A stretch of 64,000 bases of DNA, from NCBI GenBank assembly GCA_030141605.1, contig JAQGDQ010000085.1:619442-683441 (forward strand), written 5' to 3'. The stretch comes from Tubiluchus corallicola (lineage: Eukaryota > Animalia > Priapulida). Shown piece after piece: positions 10,491 to 23,200 of this stretch. Position 1 is the stretch's first letter, and every line of letters begins with the position of its first letter. Under the pieces are notes generated by a model, which had not been told where the DNA came from, made no database searches, and saw nothing but the letters and a program-made list of their open reading frames with translations. Position numbers and translations under genes: made by a program.

Positions 10491-12649
10491 TCCACAAAAG
10501 TAAATTCATCACTATAATTCTCAAAGTTTGAGCGCACTACTTTGATAAGAAGATCCTCAACATTTCTTAGTACTTTATATCCAAGCTGATCAAACCGGTT
10601 CTTAACACAGTTTATCACTAGTTCCAAGACCTCAAAGTATATCTGTCTGTACATATCAGTTACAGTTTGAGGAAAGAAATACTCTGCATCCCCTTGCTCA
10701 AATCGTCTCGGCATTTTACGTCTTCTTGGTATTGACGGTTCATTCACATTCTCGGTTTCTGCCTTTGCTTTTACATCCTTGAAGAAATCACTGAATTTTT
10801 CATCACTTCTCAGTTTTGATAAAGTTGCAAGTGTCAACCTGGCCATGGTTTGACCCTCTGATGCTGACAGATCTTCATGTTGCAGCCCTTTGCTTAAATT
10901 GTCCATATGCCGCAAGATTGACTGTCCAAGCATGACACCAAACAAAAAGTCAAACGTTTTCATCATTGCTTCGACTCCCTTAATTCTGGCTCTGATGTCA
11001 GTGTCTTTGACGCCTGAATAAGATTCTTCCCAGAGGTCTTGCAGCACAACATAATTGTCCAAAACACTCTGCTCTGACAGTCCAACGCGTCGGACACAAT
11101 GTTCTAAAACCCGGTGTTTCAGGAGCGAGTTCTTGTTTCAGTTTTTCAAACAGAGTATCTCGTTTCGGAGAATACGCCACAAGTTTCGACATCTCGTACG
11201 TTGTATCCAAAGCATCACGAATGATTTTCGACTGTTTCACAGTATCTCCAACCGCTAAATTTAATGCGTGTCCGTAGCAGTGTGTATATACAGCTCGCGA
11301 TTCTTTTTCGCTGATTTGCTTTGCGACCCCTGATTTAGCCCCAGACATGTTACTCGCTCCATCGTAACACTGACCACGACACGTTTATAGATAGATTCAT
11401 GCGAAGCAGAAAGTCGTCAGTGGTTTTTGTCAACGTATCCGAATCAAGTGAATCAACTTTATAAAGTCCAATGAACTCTTCGTGAGCTACGAGATCGTCA
11501 TCTACATGTCTCAGCACGAATACACACTGTTCTCTGTTAGAAACATCAGTTGTTTCATCAGCCATGATAGAATGAAAGACGGAGTTTCTGATATTTTTGG
11601 AAATGTCCCTTAGTATCGAAAGAGCCATAATCTGTAACATTTCGTTTTGAACCTCAGCAGAAGTGTACTTTTCATTCTTGCATTTTAACCAGTCAATCAC
11701 ACGTGAGTCATCTTCGCCGCGAAGTGTCAGCAACTGAATATAATTCCCATCGGTTTCATCAACATCACCACGAATCGGTAATGCTTGACGACCCAGAAAA
11801 CGCAAACTAGATAGAAACTGGATCTTTCGCAAGCAGTCGCGGTTATCTTCTTTCTCTTGAGCATGTTTACTTGACAACGTTTCACCAATGTCTTTTGTTG
11901 TTTTCGGCAGCATTATCACTTTCTCAACAGACTCACGATGGCAGTTGGAAGAGTCATGCTTTTTAAAGGCCACACTGGCATCTTTCCAGTTACTATATCC
12001 TTTAGTATGTTATGAACGCTTTGTCCAGATTTGCACTGCTCAGTTTGCCGTCCTGATAGGCAACCATGAATACATGGCAAAACGCAAGGTCGTTTGCTTC
12101 GTCATAATGCAACCACATTCTATTTGCAAACCAGGAAGACTGAAAACTTCTTTGCACGATGTTTTCATGACCAAACGAGCGTTGGGGAAATGTGAAATTT
12201 TTAGGCTGATTTGGAACCGGTGGTATATCCATGATAGATGAATTCACATAAAAAGATAAATTCACAATAAAGATAAAATTAACATCCAACAGTTGACCCA
12301 GTGAAAAGATAATATAGCTGGCTGAGACGAAACACACACTTTAACTGCCAGCTAGAGAAGCAATCGATAATCACAGAGTTTGATAGGCATCTAGTATTTC
12401 AACTTTGAGAATGAGTAACAAAAAAACGAATGCGTTATTCTGTTTGCTGATTGGATATAATTTCTGTTTGCTGATTGGATATAATAATGAAGTCTAAACC
12501 AAAATTGCTTCTTTTAGCTTCGAATAGAAACGATTTATGTGCTTTATTGTTGTCATTATAAATAATGAAGCGAAAATGTCTAGGCACGTATGGCAGAAAA
12601 AGTGGTCCGGCCATGGCAGGTCCTGGCCGGACCGCCGACTACGGCCTTG
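10491..12649 (-). mobile_element. ZMYM1/THAP12-type hAT transposon, 3'-truncated at the viral insert; transposase frameshifted
   Basis: 5' terminus CAAGGCCGTAGTCGGCGGTCCGGCC...GCCATGGCCGGACCAC starting at 12649. TTF-type finger (RSFQSSWF...WLHY...AFCHVF), SIMADETTDVSNREQ, YTHCYGHALNL and LCPTRWTVR. The C-terminal dimerization domain and 3' TIR are missing. Confidence 0.88.
12438..12485 (-). promoter_or_regulatory. Tandem duplicated CCAAT-box motif upstream of the hAT transposase
   Basis: TTCTGTTTGCTGATTGGATATAA occurs twice in tandem (CCAATCAG on the minus strand), between the terminus and the ORF. Confidence 0.35.
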
Positions 12650-13929
12650 GTTTGTGCTGATAATGTTGACAGGGTGAGAGTCCTAGCCTTTTAGTTTGAA
12701 CTTATCCGCCTTGGTAGTTCTCTGCCAAGCACCAAAAGCACAGTCCGGTTCTACATAGCCTCACCAAGTCCCAATAAACCCAGTTGTTGAACTGGCAACA
12801 TACTTTTGTCTCTGACAGATGCAGTGCCAATTGTACTGCCATTAAAATTTTTGGTTTTATGAAGTAAAGGGCCGCGAAACAATTTACAGTGTTCCCATTA
12901 ATCTTTTCTGCTTAGGTTCGCCTACATGTGCATACAGTGGCCATTTTGTTAAATATCCTTAATAACAAACGAAATTATCATTTTTTTAAACAACATTTCT
13001 TTTGCGCACTAGCTGTTATCATCAAGTAATGAAGAAAACTGAAGTCATTTAAGACAGTATGGCAAAACTGCAAGTAACTATAGAAACAGTGATAATAAAA
13101 AAACCAAAGTTTTTATTGTTTCTCTAATTACTCGAGTTCCGTCATATTATTTTTTTGGTTTTGCTTTATCGTGACTGTTTATGTGAAGGTGAAACTTTGT
13201 TATTTTTTAATATAGCAAAGATAAAAATTTGTTTGTTATTGTGGACTGTTTACTGTCCTCATCAGTGATTCCTCCATTTTCATCTAGTGGAGTGACATAA
13301 ACATCAGTTGCAGCAACATCATCTCCTAATCATTTTGTTTAGAACATCGTCTGTAGTGTAATGCCTGATTATTATGTTGCAGTATTATAAAATTATAAAT
13401 GGTGTTTTTTGATCCCAGGCACCTTGGCAGAGCACACATCACACAACAGCATAAATATAATAAACGATAAGCTGAAGATGCAAAGTTAAATACAAGTTTT
13501 GAAAACAGAAAGCAGCACCAATTCAAATGGCTAAAATCACCTTCATCTGTCGTTGCCCTTCCCACGTGCCGTAGTAGCTGCGAACTTCCGTAAAACAAAG
13601 CTTACGTAAAACAAAGAAACATTCAAAGCTAAGGGCCTATAACGTTGTCTTCTTTGCCATTGTTCTAACAGTGCCTGTTGATTGGCTGCTACAGGTGCAG
13701 CTGTTCAGTTTGCACCCTATGGGTGTACATGGCTTATGGATATTATGCTTCACTTTTAATCCAATATGTCCCTGCTTTGAGGCCAATTGGCTTTCACTTA
13801 AAAAACATGACATTAGCTGTTGTTTGCTATGTAAATGAAAATTACACATAAACCAAACTGTTCTTGGTTTGAGCTACAAGTTTTGGATCAAAATTATTAA
13901 AAAGCTGTGACATTTAAGGTTCAGTTATG

Positions 13930-13992
13930 TGCCCTTCTGAGGTCTGTGCCCTATGCGGTTGCCTAGTTAGCCTACTGGTAGCACTGGTCTTG
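13930..13992. mobile_element. Isolated hAT/MITE-like terminus
   Basis: GTGCCCTATGCGGTTGCCTAGTTAGCCTACTGGTAGCACTGGTCTTG resembles the ...GCCTAxxGGTAGCACCGGCCCTG ends of non-autonomous hATs. Partner end not found. Confidence 0.35.
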
Positions 13993-14184
13993 TTCTTATG
14001 TCTTCTATTGCTAGCATCCCATTTATTGCTAACATGCCATTTGTTTGAAGCTTAGTTTTTAAAATTAGCGGTGAAGTATTACCAGTTTATCCAGAAGAAC
14101 AGGTAAAAAAAATTGCTTCTAGTATGCAAAATTTAGTTAGAAAAAATAGCATTCTTCACCATTCTAACTTAATCAGAATAGCAT

Positions 14185-14629
14185 GTGCTTGAAAATAAGA
14201 TCTTCTAATCGTAAAAGAAGTTAAAATGCCCATAAATCTCAAAAAATATTCTTTATTTTTTTCTTCAGAAGCTTTCGTCCTCTCGGAGTTCATCAGCCGC
14301 ACAGAAAGATACAATAATAAAAATTACAGATGAAACTACATATAATATAAAGGTGTACAATGTCAGTAAAATAAGGGGACAAAATGCATGAAAGGGTGAA
14401 TTAAAAACTAAATTAAAGAAAAAGTAAAATTAGTAATTAGGAAAACAAAATGAAAATTAAACTGACAAACATTGTACCCTTTATTTTACTGACATTGTGC
14501 ACCTTTATTTTATGTGTAGTTACATCAGTAATTTTTTATTATTGTATCTTTCTGTGCAGCTGATGAGAGGACGAAAGCTTCTGAAGAAAAAATAAAGAAT
14601 TTTTGAGGTTTATGGGCATTATAACTTCT
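14185..14629. mobile_element. Penelope-type inverted pseudo-LTR insertion (palindrome) with hammerhead-like core
   Basis: Inverted arms at about 14216-14387 and 14470-14629, a 31-bp unpaired extension (14185-14215) and a flanking 12-bp direct repeat TCAGAATAGCAT (14173-14184, 14630-14641). Both arms carry CTGATGA...GAAAGCTT. Confidence 0.7.
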
Positions 14630-16009
14630 TCAGAATAGCATTGCTTCTTTATATTCACAATTTTTTGTATATCATAAGCTATTATCTAGTCTCCCTTCAT
14701 GCATGCTTGGTGTATCTGGGTTGTCTGCATCTATGGCTAGCAAAGCCACGAGGCAGTCGTACCTTCTGATAGCTTATCAATCACCTATTCCTATTTTATC
14801 AACATAATCTTGACAGCTTCTATTAAATCCAAAAGTAAAGCTAAAATAAAATGACTGAGCAGTGGGTGTGTTGTTGACACGACAGATAAAAAATCATTAA
14901 TGCTAAAATTTATTTATAAATGGTAATTATTATATAATGCCAATCTAGTAAATCTATTCGCTTTAGCGGGAACAACAAAACACGGGCACACGACCGTCAT
15001 TAAACTACAGAACTCCTAACTTGAAGAGCAATGGTCACATGCTTGATGTATAAATAATCAATTTGTCCAAACGTGACAACAATTGTAGGATCTATGCTAA
15101 TTGATTGAAAAAGAAAAGAAGTTTCGCTTATATAGTTGGTATTGGGGTTTCTGGGTTGACTGCACCATCAGCATCCAAAAGCCATAAAGCCAGAAGCATG
15201 ACATTCTGACATCTTGTTGATCACCTATTCCTATTCTGTCAATGTAACCTTAACAGCATTCCAGTAAATATGAAAGAAAAGCTAAGCCAACGTGATTGAT
15301 TAATGGCATCGTAGAATCTACACTAACTGATTGAAAATAAAAAAAGGAATGCACCATTGTCTGAAAAATGAATAAAAATAAATGCTAATAAAGAAAAGAC
15401 TTTGCTTACAATTGGCACTGGGTTTGCAACGATCCTAGCCAGTAGCCCTGCATCGAGACCGCAGTGGGCCTCAACTGACGCTCACAGCGGGTGGCCTCTA
15501 TCTATACAGCTCAAATGCCGCCTGCTGCACCTCCCCACCAACGGCTCCTTCCTGCTCTAGATGCGGTAGGGGTTTACTAACTAGCCCCTTTCCATGCTGA
15601 ACAACTGTACACATCTGCACCCACGCATACCTCTGCCCTCACTCAGAGCCGCATATTTTGGCTGGAGTCACACGTCAGATAAACATGATTTACGGCTTTG
15701 TTCTTATGGGGACATTTGTTTACATCTAACCTTTCCTTATTTTTGAACACTTGCACGCAAAATGGCGTGAGAGACCACCCAACAGAATGAAATATTATTT
15801 TACAAAAGTAGGATAAGCTCACTGAAAAAAGTCCAGAGAGTCCTGTTTTAGGGTGTCGCTTCATTTAATGGAAACACGTTTCGATGTAGAGCTACTGGCT
15901 AGGATTGTTGCACAGAATTTGCTCGAGAGTCTATGCGTTATTGCGCTTCGTTTCTTCTTTAATTATACTAACTCATTACTTCCTTTTTATTTTATGACTC
16001 TTGTAGTTT

Positions 16010-16275
16010 CTAGAGGGCATGACCATCATGATTATTTTACTCGGGGTAGAGATTCCATCCGACCACCGACTCTACACTCATTTTTTCCAAAACAATCTAT
16101 GAAATATACTATTTATTCCCTCGTCAGTGACATACCTCGCTCTGTTACTGATAAGGCTGCAACCCACAGCTATCATGCGTTTAAACGCTATTGCAAAATG
16201 TTTTTCATTAATACCTACACTGATTTTTGTCACATCTGTAATTGTTACGTATGGTGTCTTTACGGCACTATTTGA
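16010..16275 (+). mobile_element. CR1/L2-group LINE ORF2 C-terminal remnant
   Basis: HDYFTRG...HSYHAFKRYCKMFFINTYTDFCHICNCYV resembles the HxYxTR...FxxYxKxxxxxxYxxxCxxxNCYxC end of these LINEs. Confidence 0.55.
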
Positions 16276-17144
16276 GTTGACACGAATTTTGTCAATTCAG
16301 CTTTAAAATTTATTAATGATGATAATGACTTTATTATTTTATTAATATCATTGTCATCGTGGATTGGCACAATACTGGTTTTCACATCAACATACTCTTT
16401 TTGTTTCTCTGTCTTTCTTCTCTTTCATTCTTTTCATCCATCCCTCGCTTTCTCCATTTCTTCCTGAGGTGGCCTTTAATTTATGTAGCTATTTTGCCAT
16501 TTTTAGGTCTCCTGAGCCACACAGCTTTGTTATTTGTAGTTTAAGTATATTAATTTTTTTTGTTTTTTTCTTCAGCTGTGTTGTAAATTTCTATTTGTCA
16601 TTTGTATTTTGCTGCATGAACATAAACTAACTGGAACTTGAACTTAAACTATTTCACTGAATTATAAATCATAATTAATATTTGCTATTACTCCAAAGAC
16701 CATTTGTATGTCGCATTTGGTGCAATAAGATGTATACTTTGCACAGTTTCATCATTGATATTATATTGTTTATTTATTTACTTTTACACTGTTTATATTG
16801 TTTATTTTAGGTTGTCAAGTTATTGGGTCAGTGTGGTCAGTTTGACCACCCACTTTCTGGCTGCAACCAGTGTCACATTACTAGAGACAATCCAATATTT
16901 GAAGGAAAACGGTATGTATTGATGTTTCACTGTTGTTCTGGATGAGATAACTGAACACTATATTGTTATATACTGAAAATAGGAGTGAAGCGTATGTAAT
17001 TTCATAGACGATTAAATGAAAACGATAGTTATTATTTATGTAGCAATATTTACACTACAATGCATGCATATTTTTATGCTGCAAATTATTGCTTCCATGC
17101 TTAAATACTTCGCCCAATTTTATGATCTCTCTTTTCTGTCCAAT

Positions 17145-18494
17145 TCATGATTTCTTTTCTCTGCCCAGTTTATGATCTCTTTTCTCTTTTCTTCCTCTTG
17201 TGTGTTCTTCGGCACCTGCACCTCTTTTGCTCAAAGTTTCTTCTATTTGTGTTCGCTTTTCTGTGTCGTAATTCAGCAATGTTAAAATAGCTTGCAAATT
17301 TTCTTGAGCATGCACGTTTATTGAGTAATAGTAGAAAGCATCCCTGATGAAATTCAGTGTCACTTTTGACTTGCTTAGTCTTTGTGTACAAAACAGTTTT
17401 TTCAATTTCTCCAGTTCCTCATCTTTTTTCTGCAGTTTGTTTTCTTTTTCAGCAATTTCGTGCTGAAGCTGGACGATTTTTTTATTTTTAGGTTCAGTCA
17501 TCATTTGATCTGCCATCTCGCACTGGTGCTCAAATTTGGCTGCCATCATACCTTTCTTGTATGTAATCAGGTAAGTTTGTTGATGAAATGATTCCCTTTC
17601 CAGAATTTCTTTTTCCAACTTGCTTATCCTTGCTGAAGCATCTTTCACTTTGGATTCTTGTTGTTTGATATGAACCTCTTTTTCCTGTAATTTGGTTTGT
17701 AGCTCTTTCACTTTATTTTCCACATTGGTTACCTCGTCTGATTTCCCGAGAAGTTTGTCCTGTAGATTCTGTATAGAAATCCTCATTTCAGTGTTTTCCT
17801 GGTTAACCAGTGCATGCTGTTTTTCTATTTCCCACTTCAAATCGCTTTCCATTTCTTTTCTTGACTCTCTTTTGTCTGCAACATTTGCTTCTTTATTTGA
17901 TGTTTTGTTTTGTATTAATTCATCTAGAAGATGGTATCTATGGTATAGTTCTTTTAAATCTGCAATGAATTTTGATCTCATTCGTTGAAGTTCTTCTTTT
18001 TGTAAGGAAACAATATTCTCTAATTCTTTGGACAGTGCAACCTGTGTTTGCTTTTCTTGTATTAGATTTTCCATCGGATTCATCACCTCTGAATAAGTGA
18101 TCTTCTCTAGCTGTTCTGCCATTTTTTCTTCTGCATGAATAATATTGTTGAAAGCTTCTTTTTGTGCTGTTTCCAAAGCAGCATCATGATCGCCTTCATT
18201 ATGACTTTCCCGTGCACATTTGTCTTCCTTGTTTTTTATATACTCTGAGAGCTTTATTATGTCTTCTTCTGCTTCAATCATCTCTTCACACAGTCTAAGG
18301 GAATACGTGTCATTTTCATCATGCACACTGTTTGTGTCAGAATCAAAGAAATTCTTTGCATTCTGTGTTCTGGATGACATTGTTGCAATATGAAGTGATT
18401 CATTGGTCAACTGTTCTGGCACTTCATTGCCAAAAAGTACTGTATTTGCTGAATCATCATATTCTTTTTGATGTTCGATGTCTTCTTCATCCAT
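17145..18494 (-). CDS. Coiled-coil protein with C-terminal GRIP-like domain, quick-to-court-like
   Basis: Long E/K/Q-rich heptad ORF. TYKKGMMAAKFEH and VTLNFIRDAFYYY...ENLQAILTLLNY resemble quick-to-court-family blocks. First in-frame ATG at 18494, with an in-frame stop about 100 nt upstream. A possible non-coding upstream exon lies at about 20136-20368. Confidence 0.7.
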   Translation of the reverse strand: MDEEDIEHQKEYDDSANTVLFGNEVPEQLTNESLHIATMSSRTQNAKNFFDSDTNSVHDENDTYSLRLCEEMIEAEEDIIKLSEYIKNKEDKCARESHNEGDHDAALETAQKEAFNNIIHAEEKMAEQLEKITYSEVMNPMENLIQEKQTQVALSKELENIVSLQKEELQRMRSKFIADLKELYHRYHLLDELIQNKTSNKEANVADKRESRKEMESDLKWEIEKQHALVNQENTEMRISIQNLQDKLLGKSDEVTNVENKVKELQTKLQEKEVHIKQQESKVKDASARISKLEKEILERESFHQQTYLITYKKGMMAAKFEHQCEMADQMMTEPKNKKIVQLQHEIAEKENKLQKKDEELEKLKKLFCTQRLSKSKVTLNFIRDAFYYYSINVHAQENLQAILTLLNYDTEKRTQIEETLSKRGAGAEEHTRGRKEKRDHKLGREKKS

Positions 18495-21295
18495 CGCTTT
18501 TTCTACAGATCCATCCGTTGCTCCAGATTTTTCATAAATGCTCACTGTTTCCGACAGACTTTTAATGTAAATTGTTTGCTGTTTGGATTAGCTAATATCT
18601 TTATTTATAGTTTGCCAAGCAGACTGCTGCATTTATCTGTTCTTCTATTCTACATTAAAAAATGAAAACACGAATTAATTTAAATGGAAAGTCAGTTTTG
18701 TTTTTGTTGTCAAATAATGTTTACGACACGCATGTTTAAGTCATGGTCGAAATAGTACTTTTAGAGAAGGCAACCTTTGCAGTATCCTATGTTGTTCATA
18801 CTGGGGCTCCAAACAGATCTGTATCTTTGCAGTCAGGTCCCAAATTTTAAACGTGCATCATTTTGACATTTTTGACAAGCTAGACAAAGATGGTTTTATT
18901 TATCTCCAGTAAATATGCAAGCGTTTACATACCTGTATTTTATTCTATTAATGGTGCTCTTTTAATTAGTGCAAAAAGTCTATTTTCAATCTATTGGCGA
19001 AATTGGAAATTTGGGAAGAATGCTAACTTCTCGGGATCACACCAGCAGAGTAGCAGAGATGAATGCAACACGTATTCACTCTTACCAGAGAAGGTCATTG
19101 GTTAGTACTAATTGAAATAAGCCTGTGTGTTCAAATTTTATGCTTTGCTGTGTTTACTTAGCAAAGGTATTTCTTTCCAAATGCTAAAGAAAGCGACTGA
19201 TTACAAGTAATGTAGTGCAATTGAATGTATCACAACTAAGTGGTTCATCCTGTATTTTTCATGTTTTTTAATGAAACGTTGAAAATCAGTTTTTCTTTGC
19301 ATAGAAGTCGTCTTATTTGTCATTGAGATGCCCTAAAAAATACGAAATTCAGTTTTTCAAGGAGTCTTTTCTGCAGGTTTTCACATAATGTGCCTTACGT
19401 GCGAGAACCTAGACTCTTTGAAAATCTTGTATGAATTAAATTTTTTTAATAATTTATTTTTAATAGATTAAACTGATTTCTTAAATAATATGTAGCCCAC
19501 TTGATACAGCCCTGTTCTTGACCTTAATTATGACGTGCAAAAACCATCATAAATAACTGTTGTTTTTTGCAGAGAATTGAGAGGTTTCATTTAGCATATA
19601 CTGTAAATAGGCAAATTTTATCTGGTATAAACATGGTATGTACCAAGTTAGATGAGTAAGTCACTTTTGATTAAATACACCAACTAAGAATGCATATTTT
19701 TATGTTGTTTTTTCATCGTCTCGCATACTACTGTCTGACATCATAAGCATTGACATCAAACCAAACAAAAAAAAAACAACCCAACAAAAACCCACCCAAA
19801 AAAACCACCCCCCAAACCACCCAACCAAAAACACCCAAAACACAAACAATTGAAAATCATATAAACTAGAATAGTGATATTCTGTTTGCCAATAAAATAT
19901 TCTTTAAGAAATACCACTATTTTACTATTTATTGCAAACCAGATTAGCACATATTAAAAATTCTGTTAATGAACAAGAATAGCTATGTTTTGTTTATCAA
20001 GAAAAATATTCTTTAACAAATACCACTATTTTACTATTTACCTGAGATGCTTCTCTTACATCACATGCATATTGCTTTTGAACATATGCTACATATACCA
20101 GATATGCTATTTTTTATATTCCAGAGATAACTTACCACACTCGATGGATTAAGAGTCACGGGTGAATTTTCACTTGTATCTAATTTCACTTGCAAAACAT
20201 TGTGCAGCATCTTTCACCCTGGAAGATGAATGAGTAATCTGAGTCTCCATCATAGATGACAACAGCGATTGTAACAGCCTGTCCTGTCAACGGTTTTATC
20301 AATTTACAACAGGTAGACGACAGTGGCTTCTTTGCAGGTTGCCATGATTGTTCATTTATTTGAAACTTCTGACCATTGATAATGAAATAAACATTAAAAG
20401 CTCACAGCACACTTAGTTAAATGCATTCATTAGCGTTAAAATATCATATCAGTTGCAATTAAAATTACGTTGCCTATCTTCTAGAATGCTGGCTGACCAC
20501 CCCTTTGAAAAAGTGTGTCAGTCCGGTTTATTACTTTGCTATATATGTGTTATGCTGGTATAACATGAATTGTAATTAAACGACTTGGCATCAGCTGCAG
20601 GATGAACTTTTAGCTTCTTCAGCCATTTGCCGTAGGTTAACAATATCTACATGCTGTTTATTAGCGCAGAGGATCATTTTGACAGCGACTGTCATTCGCA
20701 TTGCTATAAATCAAGCCAAAACAAATAATCTGTGCAATTATGACACTACTAACTAAAGCCTAAAAATATCATTGTACAAAGAAAAGAGCGAAATTTTGAA
20801 GTGTCAGAATACAAGTGGAAATAACTTAGAAAGAGGCATTTTAGAGTATGCCTATCAAAAGATGCTTTGATGGGAATGTAAATTGCATGCTGCTGAAGTT
20901 TAACATATTTAACAATGATATATGATACTTAACAATATCTACTATTATTAGAAAACCAGTGGTTATAATACTGATTACATGCATAAAAGCAGCAACCAGG
21001 ATCGGACCTGCAAATTTAATGTTATCCGTAAACAAATAAATCTTTTTGTAGACTCGAACACAAAGGGTGTGCACATTTTTTTAAAGTAAATGTCAATTTT
21101 CCTGACAAAATTAATGTGTTTAATGTGTTAACTTGTTGCTGGTCAATAGATTTCATAAACTCAGGATGTTTTCATTTACAAAGCATTAATGAGTGAAGCT
21201 TCTGTAATATAAATGTTAAATCCTAAATGCACTGACATTTGCTATCTGAATACATTTGTAAAGTATTTATCAACCATTTTTTTCATAAGTAAGTC

Positions 21296-21505
<210 letters not shown>

Positions 21506-23059
21506 TAACCATTATTCTTTGCAAGTGCATTCCAGAGGTTTTTTGCAGATAATTGATAATGTATTTAAACATTTTAAATTGCAGAAATTTTAGTTTGATA
21601 CGGAAATGATAATTTAATGTGAATTTAATATTTATTAGAGAAACTTCAGTAGATAATTGTTTATAAATAAAACGAAGTGTTATGCTTTTATGCAATTTAA
21701 ATGTCATTAATGTGATAAATTTTCCTGTTGTTCATCTTTTGAAAGGGTAATAAGGAAAATGCCATTTGCCATTTCATCAGTTTATTTTGTGGTTTGTCTG
21801 TCCACCTGCAACTTGTCAATTTGTCATGCATCCATAACTAGCCTAATTCAATCTACAATTTGGTTACCATACTGTCTATAACTCGACTACCTGAGCATTA
21901 CGATAGTTTAGCTATTACTGTACAACAGGCTACCGCGAGGGGGGAGGGAGAAAATGGATAGGTGAAAGCTGAAAGAGAAAGAGTGAGGGAGGAAAGCAAA
22001 AGAGAATGGAAGTGAGTAAGAGATGGAAGATGACGGAGTGCGAGACAAAGAAAGTGAAAGATAGACAAAAGCCAAAACAATGAGGAAAAGGAAAGTGAGA
22101 CGAGCACCTGAGCAGCAACTCGTAAGTAGAAGAGGGTGAATAACTTTGTTGTTCATCAATCCTCAACTGAACTAACCTGTTGTCCCTAAGTTGAGTACCT
22201 GTATTTCCATAGCATGAGTGTCATATTTAGCCGGACTCAGTTACTTGAGTAATTAACCATAATTTGGTTACCTGCCTGTCTGCCTGTAACGTAGCTACTC
22301 GGTTGTCGATAACTGGGTTGCATATCTACTAGTAACTTGATGCCTACTAGCTAAACTGCCTGTTCATTCCACCCACTGTATTGTGTGTTTGTGGAAATTA
22401 CCTTTCTTGTCAAATTACTTCCTGTCATTGAACTTTGGAACAAGATGTCTTTTCAAGAGGATTAATTAATTCTCATTTAATGCCGTAAATGGGTTCATGT
22501 CAATGACTGCCCTAAAAGCTTAGAATTCTCTCTTTAGCAGAAAAGCCAAGGAAAAAAGCCTTGGCTTCACAACTGTAATTGTTCATTTTCACGACAGGTG
22601 TCACTGAACTTTCAAGGCAAAGCAGAATGTGGCGAATAGCTGATGGATTTCGCGTGAAATTTCTGTGTTTGATTAGGCGGGTTGTAAAGCAGTAAACAGT
22701 GAAATAGTTTAATAAATCACATTATTAAGAGTAATCAAAGGCCGGATTTATCACCACGTTCGTAAGAATATTCGTAAGAACCGCATTACGAGAATATTAT
22801 TAAATTGTAGGCTTGCAGCGGAGAGGTTTGAAGTTTCTGTTACATAATGACCAAGCTTATTTTTCGTGCCGTTTCAGTTGTATCTTAATGTATTTTTTTA
22901 CATGTGGTCTAAGCAGAAATAAAGAATAAATTAACGGTCAACAAATAATTTTATTACATTGACTTGTTTTTGGATATTTTTAAACTTAAAGTAAACTTTA
23001 AAATCAGACAGTACACAAAAATCATAAACATTTATTTAAGATATGGTAAACATGCTTTT

Positions 23060-23200
23060 TTAGAGTTTTCGTTGCTAAGTTGGAGATTCCTAAGTGTTCA
23101 CATGCTCTTACCATCAGATGTCTCGACTTTTTACCAGTGTACTTAGCGTTGCAGCTGGGACACCCGGACACGTTTACAAATAACATTTGTTGACTTTGAA
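23060..23200 (-). mobile_element. Penelope-like retroelement GIY-YIG endonuclease remnant
   Basis: CPSCNAKYTGKKSRHLMVRACEHLGIS matches the Penelope CxxCxxxYIGxTxRHLxxRxxEH motif. Confidence 0.75.

Noticed and set aside
14716-15340. Diverged direct duplication about 435 bp apart (similar small duplications at 23600-23870, 35870-36020, 36290-36530 and 37040-37120)
   Set aside because: No coding or structural signal; ordinary local duplications.
20136-20368. Upstream coding exon of the GRIP gene
   Set aside because: Splice signals are plausible, but the ATG-initiated frames I checked stop early and the downstream exon has an in-frame stop; UTR at best.
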